Below, piece after piece: positions 55,465 to 64,000 of a stretch of DNA of 64,000 bases. The first letter of the stretch is position 1. The number at the start of each line of letters is the position of its first letter. The notes beneath the pieces are model-generated. The model had not been told where the DNA came from. It was given only the letters and a program-made list of their open reading frames with translations, and did no database searches. The position numbers and the translations under genes are program-made. Location: contig CAZCCK010000002.1 in assembly GCA_964497265.1 (NCBI GenBank), positions 20,614 to 84,613 on the forward strand. Direction: 5' to 3'. This DNA comes from Candidatus Woesearchaeota archaeon (GTDB taxonomy: Archaea > Nanobdellota > Nanobdellia > SCGC-AAA011-G17 > GW2011-AR18).

Positions 55465-56442
55465 ATGGAGAAAAAAGAGTTAGAGAAATATGTTGTGATT
55501 ATTTTTCTTTTAATTCTTATTTATTTGTGTTACTCGATTTTAAAGCCGTTTCTAAATGCGTTGTTAGCAAGTGCGATTTTAGCTTACCTCTTCCATCCTT
55601 TATTTTTAAAAATAAATGAGAAAGTAAAAAATAGGTATATCTCTTCAGGGTTGACAACGGCTTTAGTAGTTATTTTAATTGTTCTTCCTTTAGTAGGGGT
55701 AATCAATGTGTTAATTCGAGAAGCGTCAAATGCGTATCATTCGGGTGCGGTAAATGCGGTAAGTTCTTTTATTACGTCTGCTTTGGGCGATGTTGAAGTT
55801 GGTTCAATTACTTCCAGTTTTCTTTCAAGAGCGATAAATTATCTTGTGAATTGGGCGAGTGATTTTGTAGTAAATATTCCTACAACGATTCTTAGAGCGA
55901 TTATTTTAGTGTACGCGTTATTTCATTTTTTAATGAGTGGAGAATCCATTGTAGAGGTAATCAAAGAGCATTTACCTTTAAAGAATAAAGAAAAGGTTAT
56001 GAAACAATTAGGTGAAACCACGAAAGGAGTGGTTTACGGTGTTTTTGTGATTGCTTTAGTTGATGCGATTCTTACAAGTATTGTTTTTAGAATGTTAGGA
56101 TTGAATAATTCTTTGTTATGGGGTTTACTTGTGGGTATTCTTGCGATTCTTCCGTTATTAGGGACTGGATTAGTGTGGATTCCTTTCGCGATTCTAGAAG
56201 GAATAAAAGGAAATTATACTGCAGTTATTATTCTTTTGAGTTTAGGTGTTGCTTTAACACTAATAGACTATTTAGGTAGGCCTTGGATTATTGGGAAGAA
56301 AACAACGATACATCCTTTGGTTGTTTATCTTGGTGTTGCGGGAGGATTGTATGTGTTTGGAATAACTGGCTTAATTGTGGGTCCGTTATGTTTATCTTTT
56401 TTAGCGATTTGTATTGAAGAGTATTATGTGAAGGCTAATTAA
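55465..56442 (+). CDS. AI-2E family (UPF0118/PerM-like) transporter
   Basis: 7-8 TM helices with the family-typical N-terminal segment and long first loop. Confidence 0.55.
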   Translation: MEKKELEKYVVIIFLLILIYLCYSILKPFLNALLASAILAYLFHPLFLKINEKVKNRYISSGLTTALVVILIVLPLVGVINVLIREASNAYHSGAVNAVSSFITSALGDVEVGSITSSFLSRAINYLVNWASDFVVNIPTTILRAIILVYALFHFLMSGESIVEVIKEHLPLKNKEKVMKQLGETTKGVVYGVFVIALVDAILTSIVFRMLGLNNSLLWGLLVGILAILPLLGTGLVWIPFAILEGIKGNYTAVIILLSLGVALTLIDYLGRPWIIGKKTTIHPLVVYLGVAGGLYVFGITGLIVGPLCLSFLAICIEEYYVKAN

Positions 56443-57283
56443 GAATTTTTGAAAAAGTAGTAAAAATTGATTGGTCAGTAACAACTGGATAAAAGTCAGA
56501 TCCTGTTTCTGCGCAGACTTTAAGGATTTCTTCTTGGTGTTGTTGCATTTTTTGTAAGTAGGTTTTTCTTAAGTAGGGGTCAATGAAGGTTCTCATGTTT
56601 TGTTGGCTTTCTAGATCCATCAAGGTATAATCTCCTTCAAGTTTAAGATTTTTTTCAAGAGGGTCAAGAACTTGGATAAGTTTTACTTTGTTTTTCCTTA
56701 ATTTGGAAAGAATTGCTTTAAGAGAAGCGGGATCGTAGAGAAAGTCTGAGACGATGATAACAAGAGATTTTGTGTTTATGAATTTTTTGTAAGAAGACAG
56801 AGCTTGTTCTATATCTGTCGTTCCCCCGGGTTTTCTTTTGTTTAAGTAAGCGAGTATTTCTGCAAGTTGTTGTGCTCCTTTGCGTGCTTTAAACAAATCA
56901 AGTCTTCCATCAAAAGTACTTAGGACGAATTTTTCATTATTTTTGTGGGCAAGGTAGACAAATCCTAATCCAATCATAGCAGCGTATTCATATTTTTTTA
57001 TTTGTTTTCCAAAATTCATGCTGCCGCTATAATCGACAAGAACGTGAACTGTTAAGTTTCGATCTTCTTCAAATCGTTTGACGTAGAGTTTATCTGTTCT
57101 TGAGAAGACCTTCCAATCGATGTGTTTAAAGTCATCTCCAGGTACGTAGTTTGCGTGGTCTCTAAAGAGTAATCCTGATCCTAAGTGTCTGCTTTGTCGT
57201 TCTCCCGTAAAAGGAGAGGTTAATCTTTTTTTAACGATGATGCTGAATTTATCAAGTTGGCGTAAGAATTGGCTATCAATCAT
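56435..57283 (-). CDS. DUF58 family protein (MoxR-associated, vWA-like)
   Basis: LLFRDHANYVPGDDFKHIDWKVFSRTDKLYVKRFEEDRNLTVHVLVDYSGSM carries the DUF58 signature (GDD.r.IDWk...R). Confidence 0.8.
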   Translation of the reverse strand: MIDSQFLRQLDKFSIIVKKRLTSPFTGERQSRHLGSGLLFRDHANYVPGDDFKHIDWKVFSRTDKLYVKRFEEDRNLTVHVLVDYSGSMNFGKQIKKYEYAAMIGLGFVYLAHKNNEKFVLSTFDGRLDLFKARKGAQQLAEILAYLNKRKPGGTTDIEQALSSYKKFINTKSLVIIVSDFLYDPASLKAILSKLRKNKVKLIQVLDPLEKNLKLEGDYTLMDLESQQNMRTFIDPYLRKTYLQKMQQHQEEILKVCAETGSDFYPVVTDQSIFTTFSKILN

Positions 57284-57428
57284 AGTTTTATTTGGAAATT
57301 TTTGTTAATAAATCTAACTAATTCAAATTATTCTGATTGCTTTTAGAATTGATTAAATAAAGAATATTAATAAGGATTTCTAAGTAAAAAGAGGAAAGGT
57401 TATATAATCCAGAAAAGAAAAATTAAGT

Positions 57429-57920
57429 ATGAATAAAAACCGACTGAGTTTGATTTTAGGTGCTGTCGGTCTTTTAATTGTTACAATATTTGGAATTCTT
57501 ATAGCTAATCCTAAAACCAGAGAGTATGCGTTAGGATTTACTGATGCGAGTGGAAGAGGAGGATTAGGAATGTATACATTTTTGTTCCTTACTCCTTTAA
57601 TTCTTGGAATAACAGGATTTATTCTGGGAGTAAAAGCTATTGAAAAAAATGAAAAGCGGATAAGTGGAAATGTTGTTAATTATTTAATATTTTGTGCTTA
57701 CCATTTACCTTTGATTAGTATAATTTGGAAAGATAAAGAGTTGTTAAGTTTTTTCGCAGTACCAATCGCTTTATTTTTACTAGGAAGTGTTCTTTTAATA
57801 AAAAGTTGGATTAAGATAAAGAAAGGTGAAAAAAGCAAAGATTTAATGGTATCGTTTGGGTTATTAGTTGCTTCATTACTTCCCTTAGTAGGATTATTTA
57901 TAATGAGTTTTCAAAGATAA
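57429..57920 (+). CDS. Small polytopic membrane protein
   Basis: 4-5 TM helices. Sits between DUF58 and MoxR on the opposite strand. Confidence 0.35.
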   Translation: MNKNRLSLILGAVGLLIVTIFGILIANPKTREYALGFTDASGRGGLGMYTFLFLTPLILGITGFILGVKAIEKNEKRISGNVVNYLIFCAYHLPLISIIWKDKELLSFFAVPIALFLLGSVLLIKSWIKIKKGEKSKDLMVSFGLLVASLLPLVGLFIMSFQR

Positions 57921-58859
57921 TTATTTTTTTAGTAATAATTTAATCACATCATCTTCATTCAAGTTTTGTCGTTCTGCTTCAAAGGAAAGAATTATTCTAT
58001 GACGTAAGACAGGGTAAGCCATTGCTTGAATGTCTTCTTTGCTTACGAATTTACGACCGTTTAAAAGTGCTCTAGCTTTGGCAGCCAAGATTAGCCCGAT
58101 AGAAGCTCTTGGTGAAGCGCCATATTCAATGAGATTATTCTTTTCGCGAGTAGAGGCAATGAGATTCAAAGCGTATTTTTTTATATCATTGGCGATAGGT
58201 ACTTCTTTAACTAAATGGTGTAATCCGGAAATTGTTTCTTTGTCAAATACTTTCTTAAGTTGGGTTACAGCTTTTCCTTCAGTAAATCTATTGACAATTT
58301 CCAATTCTTCTGCTTGAGTAGGATATCCTATTTTTATTTTAAAGAGAAATCTGTCGCTTTGAGCTTCGGGTAAAGCAAAGACCCCCTCCTGCTCAATAGG
58401 ATTCTGTGTTGCAAGTACAAAAAAGGGTTCTTCTAGTTTGTAAGTACTATTTCCAATAGTCACTTGTCTTTCTTGCATTGATTCTAGAAGTGCTGAATGT
58501 ACTTTAGGGGGCGCGCGGTTAATTTCATCTACAAGGACAACATTAGCGAAAATAGGACCTGGTTGGAATTTGAATTCTCTTTTTCCTTTGCTTTCATCAA
58601 TAATGTAAGTTCCAGTAATGTCACTTGGAAGTAAATCTGGAGTTCCTTGAATTCTGCTAAAGCTCATATCCATTGTGTCTGCGATTGCTTTAACCATCAG
58701 AGTTTTTGCTAGACCCGGATATCCTTCTACAATCGCGTGAGAGTTAGAAAGAATTGCGACTAAGAATTGTTCAATGACTGCTTCTTGACCAACAACAACT
58801 TTAGAAACTTCTTCATAGAGCGCATGAAATTTTTTTTGTGCGTCTGCTGTTGAAACCAC
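57921..58859 (-). CDS. MoxR-family AAA+ ATPase
   Basis: VVGQEAVIEQFLVAILSNSHAIVEGYPGLAKTLMVKAIADTM (Walker A region). Walker B VLVDEINRAPPKV. Confidence 0.9.
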   Translation of the reverse strand: MVSTADAQKKFHALYEEVSKVVVGQEAVIEQFLVAILSNSHAIVEGYPGLAKTLMVKAIADTMDMSFSRIQGTPDLLPSDITGTYIIDESKGKREFKFQPGPIFANVVLVDEINRAPPKVHSALLESMQERQVTIGNSTYKLEEPFFVLATQNPIEQEGVFALPEAQSDRFLFKIKIGYPTQAEELEIVNRFTEGKAVTQLKKVFDKETISGLHHLVKEVPIANDIKKYALNLIASTREKNNLIEYGASPRASIGLILAAKARALLNGRKFVSKEDIQAMAYPVLRHRIILSFEAERQNLNEDDVIKLLLKK

Positions 58860-58863
58860 TTTT

Positions 58864-59658
58864 TCACCTTGATATTTCTTGGAAATAACTTTTAATAACT
58901 TTGGAATTTTGCGCTTCTAAGCGTTCATTTGAGGCTATGTCGTAACTAGTATATATCTCTTTTGGGTATTCAGGAGGATTGAAGTCTTTTTGTGAAGTAT
59001 CTCCCACATTTTCAAAGTCTGCTTCGCTTTGGAGGGGATTTAATTGTAAGACAACTTCTTTCTTTCCAAGTAAAGCTAAAGATTTGTTTCCTAAAACAGA
59101 ACTAAGATTTCCTTCTGAGATTTTTCTGTCTACGCTAGGAACATCCTGTCCTGAAATTCTTTCTTTAAGACTTTGTACTGGTTCTTGTATTTTTTGAGAA
59201 AGTTGGGGGAGGTCAAATCCTACGTCTAAGTAAGAGACGACAAGAATAAGTAAAGCAAGGGTGAATAACAAAGTAGTTTTAATGCTTAATTCTTTAAAGT
59301 CTAAAAATTTAACGGTTTCTACTTTTCTTAAATCTCGAATGACTTCTTCTTGAAGTTCTTGGTTGATTTGGTTTTCTTTGTCAAGGTTGTCTGCTGCAGT
59401 TCTTAGTTTTTCGGCCAAGTCAGGTGTGGTTTGTTCAGTTCTAAGGAATTTGTTTTGTTTAAACTTAAACCAACCATAGAAGAGAAAGAAAAAGATTGAA
59501 GGTAAGAACGCCCATTGCCAGTTAATGTGAGCCAGCATAAAAAGAAAAAAAGAGAATAAAAATGCAAAGGTAGTGTTGTAAAAAAGATCGAATAAGTCCA
59601 GTAAGCTAATGGCGCGTTTTAGTTCTAAAAAAGCTTCTTCTATTGGTTTCACGTGCAA
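58864..59658 (-). CDS. Hypothetical membrane protein of the Bat-like operon
   Basis: Two TM segments plus a soluble region. Coupled to moxR. Confidence 0.4.
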   Translation of the reverse strand: MHVKPIEEAFLELKRAISLLDLFDLFYNTTFAFLFSFFLFMLAHINWQWAFLPSIFFFLFYGWFKFKQNKFLRTEQTTPDLAEKLRTAADNLDKENQINQELQEEVIRDLRKVETVKFLDFKELSIKTTLLFTLALLILVVSYLDVGFDLPQLSQKIQEPVQSLKERISGQDVPSVDRKISEGNLSSVLGNKSLALLGKKEVVLQLNPLQSEADFENVGDTSQKDFNPPEYPKEIYTSYDIASNERLEAQNSKVIKSYFQEISR

Positions 59659-60137
59659 CCTTCTGCGTTAAGGCGACTTATTTCTGCTTTTAGCGAAACC
59701 TGTTCGTCTTGTTGTTCTCGAACGGTTTTCTTAGCGTGATCTAATTCCTGTTGCAAGTTGTCATTCTCATCTAATGCGTCTAAGAGTTGTCTTTTTTCAT
59801 CCAAAAGTTCTTTTTCGAGTTCTTCTTTTGTTTTTTCAAGTTGAGCTTTTTGATTTTCAGTTTTGGTGTTAATTTGTTTAAGGTCAGTAAATTGACTGCT
59901 TAGGTTTTGTTCACGCTCTGATTTAAGGGTGAGTTCTTCTTTTGTTTTATTAATAATATTTTGAGAGTTAAGGAGTTGGTTAAAAGTTTTGTTAAGTTGT
60001 TCAACTTTAACTTTATATTTATCATTAATGATATGGAAGCTAGAGCTATAAATCAGGGTAAGAACTGCTATTCCGAGGATTAAAGCAAGTAAGAGGAAGA
60101 GCAATTTTGTATTAAGATTTTTTTGGATGAAGCTCAT
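59649..60137 (-). CDS. Membrane-anchored coiled-coil protein
   Basis: N-terminal TM helix, then a K/E/Q-rich heptad-like region. Confidence 0.4.
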   Translation of the reverse strand: MSFIQKNLNTKLLFLLLALILGIAVLTLIYSSSFHIINDKYKVKVEQLNKTFNQLLNSQNIINKTKEELTLKSEREQNLSSQFTDLKQINTKTENQKAQLEKTKEELEKELLDEKRQLLDALDENDNLQQELDHAKKTVREQQDEQVSLKAEISRLNAEGCT

Positions 60138-60157
60138 TGAGTAGTTTTCTTGTTTCT

Positions 60158-62536
60158 CTACTTATAAAAATTTCTAATGATCCTCCTTGTGCAGATTTCA
60201 ATTAAAAAAAGAAGTAAAGCCAGAAGAGCCAATATCCAAGAGTAAGATTGTTTGACGAGAACAAATCGGTGTGACCGAGCGCGAACATATTCTATAATTT
60301 CGTTAGTTTGGTCTTTAGTGAACATTTTTCCGCCGCTTCTGCTTAAAGTTTTTTCAAGAGTTTGATCTTGCCCGATTTCTTTATACTCTGTGAGGGAGTT
60401 TACAGCATAAAGTGCATTTCCTAAGGAGAAAAATCCTGTTTGGTTTTGAATGGTTTTGGCGAGCCAGAGTTTTTCGTCGGTTTTAACAAAGGTCAGAGAG
60501 TCTAGAGTGGGTTCTTGAGTATCTTTAACTAGGACGTCAATATCTGTTCCAACAATACTATCGCTGATTTGAATGTATTTTTCATTTTTTCTTTCTGGAT
60601 CTCCAATAGCCCAATTTGCGCTCCGCGTGTAGATGCGAGAGTTATCTTTGTTGAGAAGTTCTGGTGCGTATAAGCTTCCATCGTCTGTGGTGAGTGCTGC
60701 GATCCTTCCAAGTCCAAATCTGCTGACCGTAAGTAATGGATCTCCAACATCAGTCGTAGCGATAAGTTTTGCTGAGTTTTTAGGAACTACTGTATTAAAG
60801 CCGTAAATTGTTCCTTTTGGTTCTAATCCTTGACTAATGAAGTGTTGGGGGTCAACAAAGACATAAGGATAGACTCTTCGTGAGCCGCTTGTCTCGCTAT
60901 CTCCAAAGAGGATTTTAAGTCGATCTTTAATTTCTGGTTTGTAGTAGGCTCCGCCGGTTAAATCAGCATAATGTTCCAGGAGGTATTCGTTTGTATCACC
61001 GCCAACACCCACCGTATAGATCCTTATTCCTTGACTTGAAGCGAAAGAAGCTGCGTCTTCTGCTTCTTCTAAGTTTTGTGTTTTTCCATCGCTAATGAGG
61101 ATGATGTTTTTGCTTCCTTTTTGGTTTTGGAGCATTTCTACTGCTTTGAGAATACCTACTCCAATGTAGGTTCCTCCATTATCTTGAAGTCTTGCAATGC
61201 TTTCTTCTAAGTCGGGTTGTTCTAAGAGAGGTTTAATTTCTCCAACAGAATAAGCTTGTGTGTTGAAAGCGACTGTTCCTACTTTGTGAATGAGACTAAG
61301 GTCTTTAAGCACCCCGATAGCGAGAGCTTTTTCAACGTCTACCGCTTTATCTTCTCCAAAAGAGCTGCCAGTACTTCCAGAGATATCAATAAGAAGGACG
61401 ACACTAATGTCTCCTTTTTTCTTTCCTGCTTGAGCAATAGAGACGGGAAGTATTTGTTCTATTCTAGATCCTTTGTAGTTTCCAAGGTCATAAGAGTTTT
61501 CTCCACCCACAAAGAATAATCCATTTCCTTCAAGAGCAAAGGTAGTAAGCTGTTCTGTAATCGGATTAAGGAAAGAGCCAGGTAAATCGTTAAGGATGAT
61601 TGCGCTATAAGGGGTTAAGTCTTTAGGGAAGGTATTCATGCTCGTAAGTTCGTAGACAGGAGAATAGAGTGTTTGTAGTGGACTTTCTTTTTGGCTGATA
61701 AAGAGAACTTTTGGTTTGGGAACAACTTTAACGGTTTTATAATAAATGTTATTGTAAGAAAAGTAATCTTTTTCTCCTAGGGTCGCAGTAATCTTATGAT
61801 ACCCTTCTAAAAATTGTTGTTTGAAAGAAATTTCTTCTTTATCAGTGAGTTCATGGTAAACTTCTTTACCATCAACAGTGATTATCAAAGTGCTTGGTTT
61901 TTTAAGAGTTTTCGAAATGTGAACAATAAAAGTATTTTCTGAATAAGCTATGACCTTCTCAGGCCCAAAGATTTCAACAGCAGCATCATGTTTGTCAGCT
62001 TCAAGAGTAAGACCGTTGATAGTTGCGTTAAGAGTACTTGCGTAAAGAGTTGCGTCTCCTAGAGTAGTTCCTTCGCTCACCCTTCCATCTGAGATTAAAA
62101 GGATATTATCATCTCTTCGAATGTTTGCAAGAAGATCGTCTCCGAGGCGAGAGCTTTCTTTTTTCCCGATAAAAACGGTCTCTACAGGAATTTGCGCCTC
62201 AAGGTTTTTTTGAAGTTGCTCTACAGCCGCATGAGGAAAAACTTGCATTGAACTAGAATTGTCAATTAAAAGTTTTACTTTTGGTGTTCCTTGAACATCT
62301 TTGGTAACTTCTTTGAAAGGAGATGCTAAAGCGAGAATAAGGAGGATAAAAATGAGAATTCTGCTAAAAAGAAGGAAAAGTTTGAGTTTTTTACGTTTAT
62401 TTTTTTCTTCTAAAGATTCGTCTTTGAAAGAGATGAAATCTTTTAAGATAAAATAAGCTAGAAGTGGAATGAGTAAGAGAAAGAGTGCCATGAAGGGATA
62501 TTCCAGGTGGAGGAAAATGAAATCAACAAAGTTCAT
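60158..62536 (-). CDS. von Willebrand factor A domain membrane protein (BatA/BatB-like, two vWA domains)
   Basis: Two N-terminal TM helices. LLIDNSSSMQ and VVLLIDISGSTGS (vWA MIDAS DxSxS). C-terminal TM. Confidence 0.7.
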   Translation of the reverse strand: MNFVDFIFLHLEYPFMALFLLLIPLLAYFILKDFISFKDESLEEKNKRKKLKLFLLFSRILIFILLILALASPFKEVTKDVQGTPKVKLLIDNSSSMQVFPHAAVEQLQKNLEAQIPVETVFIGKKESSRLGDDLLANIRRDDNILLISDGRVSEGTTLGDATLYASTLNATINGLTLEADKHDAAVEIFGPEKVIAYSENTFIVHISKTLKKPSTLIITVDGKEVYHELTDKEEISFKQQFLEGYHKITATLGEKDYFSYNNIYYKTVKVVPKPKVLFISQKESPLQTLYSPVYELTSMNTFPKDLTPYSAIILNDLPGSFLNPITEQLTTFALEGNGLFFVGGENSYDLGNYKGSRIEQILPVSIAQAGKKKGDISVVLLIDISGSTGSSFGEDKAVDVEKALAIGVLKDLSLIHKVGTVAFNTQAYSVGEIKPLLEQPDLEESIARLQDNGGTYIGVGILKAVEMLQNQKGSKNIILISDGKTQNLEEAEDAASFASSQGIRIYTVGVGGDTNEYLLEHYADLTGGAYYKPEIKDRLKILFGDSETSGSRRVYPYVFVDPQHFISQGLEPKGTIYGFNTVVPKNSAKLIATTDVGDPLLTVSRFGLGRIAALTTDDGSLYAPELLNKDNSRIYTRSANWAIGDPERKNEKYIQISDSIVGTDIDVLVKDTQEPTLDSLTFVKTDEKLWLAKTIQNQTGFFSLGNALYAVNSLTEYKEIGQDQTLEKTLSRSGGKMFTKDQTNEIIEYVRARSHRFVLVKQSYSWILALLALLLFLIEICTRRIIRNFYK

Positions 62537-64000
62537 TAGAGTTCACCTCGGATTTTAGTATAAATAAGTTCTAAGAGGATAACAATGGTTGCCAGAAGCA
62601 AAATCCATTTTAAGAGTTGAGTTTTAACATCTTGTTTAAAGGGCTCTAAAACATAGGTTTTAACAGCGCTACCTGTTTGTTGTACAGGATTAATATTGGA
62701 TTCTTCTTCATTGAGCAGGTTTACTGCAATTTTTTGTTTACCAAGATCAAAAACGCCAGCTTTTTCTAAAGGAAGAAAACTGCCCTCAGTAGTTTGGATT
62801 GTTATTCCCGTTTTAAGATTGATATCTTCAATTTCAGGAGTGTTTGTAAGGTATTTAAGCAGGTTCGTCCAGAACAAAGGATAAGAAGTGCTGAGTTTAA
62901 AGTCACTTTGTTTCTCTAAGATTCCATAATAAACAATGAATCCTTTTCCTTTTTGGCTAAGGGTGATGATTGGATCTTTATTTGCGGATGCGAGAACAAG
63001 TTTGTCTACGGGTGAGGTTACAAAGTGAGAAGGGACGACTCCAAAATCAATGTCCTTAGTAAATTTGGTAACGGTATCGATAGTGACTATAGAAGGTTGG
63101 TTGCTAAGATTGAGGATTTTAAAAGGAAGAATTTTGTAATCGATAGCGTCGCTGTTTTTTTGTGCGTGGATGATAACGTCTGCTCCTTGTTCTGCGCGTT
63201 GACCGAGTTCTTCAAATGTTCCAGGTAAAATGCGTGAAGGATCTATGTTATCAATAATGTAAACATCATAAGGTTCTTTTGGGAGTACAGGGGGTTCTGC
63301 AAAGTCAAGTTTGCTTCCTTCAAAAGAATTAATTGCGGCTTGGAGGAATTTAGATTTATTGTTTGTGATAAGAAGAATTTTAGCAGCTCCAAGGTTGGGT
63401 TTTGCTACGAAGATTTGGTTGTCAACGGCAAAGTCATCGGCTTGAAGAATTTTTATTGGGGTTATTTGTTCTTGCGGAGTAAATAAGACTGTTTCTATGC
63501 TTTCTGGTTTAAGAGAGATTTCTTGTTTTTGTCCATTTGCATCCAAAGTGATTTTTTCTTCTTGAGCGTTATAGTTTTTTACATAAAGCGTGATTGCTTC
63601 TTCTTTCGGGACTAATTTAATAATACCTACATTTTTTCTTATTTCTGAAGCGGTAGTGATAAAATCGACGGGAATTGATCGAGAAATTAAAACATTTTTT
63701 GCTGTTTCTGGATTCAAGCCTTTTGTGTTGATAAAGTCGCTTAAGACAATAACCCGTCCATTTTTATTGTTGAGAAGTTCTCCTGCTAGAAGGATTGCTT
63801 CTCCTAATCCTGTTTCTTCGTCAGTGGCTTGTAATCTTTGTAAGTATCTGAATGCTTCGCTTTTTCCCACGTTTTGAAGAGCGACTGTGGGGGTTGATTT
63901 TGCTAAAACTAAACTTACTCTGTCTCCCGCTAAGTTTTTTATTTTTTCTTTAGAAAGGTCTAATCTTGTTTGTCCGTTTTCTAAAACTTGTGAACTTGCA
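62536..64000 (-). CDS. vWA-domain protein with C-terminal TM anchor, 5'-partial (continues beyond window end)
   Basis: The reading frame stays open through 63871..64000 upstream of the track's GTG 'start'. ...ETGLGEAILLAGELL...GRVIVLSDFINTKG is the C-terminal part of a vWA fold. Confidence 0.6.
   Translation of the reverse strand, partial: ASSQVLENGQTRLDLSKEKIKNLAGDRVSLVLAKSTPTVALQNVGKSEAFRYLQRLQATDEETGLGEAILLAGELLNNKNGRVIVLSDFINTKGLNPETAKNVLISRSIPVDFITTASEIRKNVGIIKLVPKEEAITLYVKNYNAQEEKITLDANGQKQEISLKPESIETVLFTPQEQITPIKILQADDFAVDNQIFVAKPNLGAAKILLITNNKSKFLQAAINSFEGSKLDFAEPPVLPKEPYDVYIIDNIDPSRILPGTFEELGQRAEQGADVIIHAQKNSDAIDYKILPFKILNLSNQPSIVTIDTVTKFTKDIDFGVVPSHFVTSPVDKLVLASANKDPIITLSQKGKGFIVYYGILEKQSDFKLSTSYPLFWTNLLKYLTNTPEIEDINLKTGITIQTTEGSFLPLEKAGVFDLGKQKIAVNLLNEEESNINPVQQTGSAVKTYVLEPFKQDVKTQLLKWILLLATIVILLELIYTKIRGEL

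Noticed and set aside
56435-64000. MoxR/vWA cluster as a novel defence or toxin system
   Set aside because: The domain set (MoxR AAA+, DUF58, BatA/BatB-like vWA-TM proteins) matches the widespread Bat/MoxR chaperone-type operon. No nuclease or effector domains are present.
1-64000. CRISPR arrays, rRNA/tRNA genes, IS elements or integrases
   Set aside because: I saw no regularly spaced direct repeats, no GC-rich structured-RNA islands in any intergenic region (all are short and AT-rich), and no transposase or integrase-like ORFs.

Overview
This is an AT-rich, gene-dense chromosomal segment with tightly coupled genes (many ATGA start/stop overlaps). It reads as archaeal, most likely from a small-genome DPANN-like lineage. 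The basis is an AglB/STT3 oligosaccharyltransferase (WWDYG motif), an AglH-type GlcNAc-1-P transferase, a diphthamide-pathway Dph6-like PP-loop ATPase, a mini SET-domain protein, and TATA-like boxes about 25-30 nt upstream of several starts.

The layout is:
- 1-4.7 kb: three secreted or surface proteins (a Cys-rich partial, a two-LamG protein, and an Ig-like repeat protein with a C-terminal TM anchor that is an S-layer glycoprotein candidate).
- 4.77-6.5 kb: threonyl-tRNA synthetase.
- about 7.2-51 kb: a very large protein-glycosylation island. It starts with aglB and contains about 14 glycosyltransferases (7 GT4, 6 GT2, one MraY/WecA-type), at least 2 extra GT-C membrane transferases, 2 Wzx/MOP flippases plus a UPF0104 flippase-like protein, 2 Gfo/Idh/MocA dehydrogenases, an SDR epimerase/dehydratase, a CE4-like deacetylase, an FAD oxidoreductase and 5 class-I SAM methyltransferases.
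- Inside that island: five radical SAM enzymes (two B12-binding class B, three SPASM-domain paralogues), arranged as two B12-rSAM/SPASM pairs.
- 52.0-52.6 kb and 19.7-20.5 kb: a pair of Cys-rich secreted proteins that share a nucleotide-identical 5' module (ribosome-binding site plus 45-aa N-terminal helix).
- 52.7-54.7 kb: a small accessory patch with a Bro-N-like protein and a SET-domain protein.
- 56.4-64 kb: a MoxR / DUF58 / vWA (Bat-like) operon that runs off the window.

I found no rRNA, tRNA, CRISPR array or transposase. The ORF track often starts proteins at TTG/GTG longest-frame starts, so I moved several starts to the first plausible ATG.
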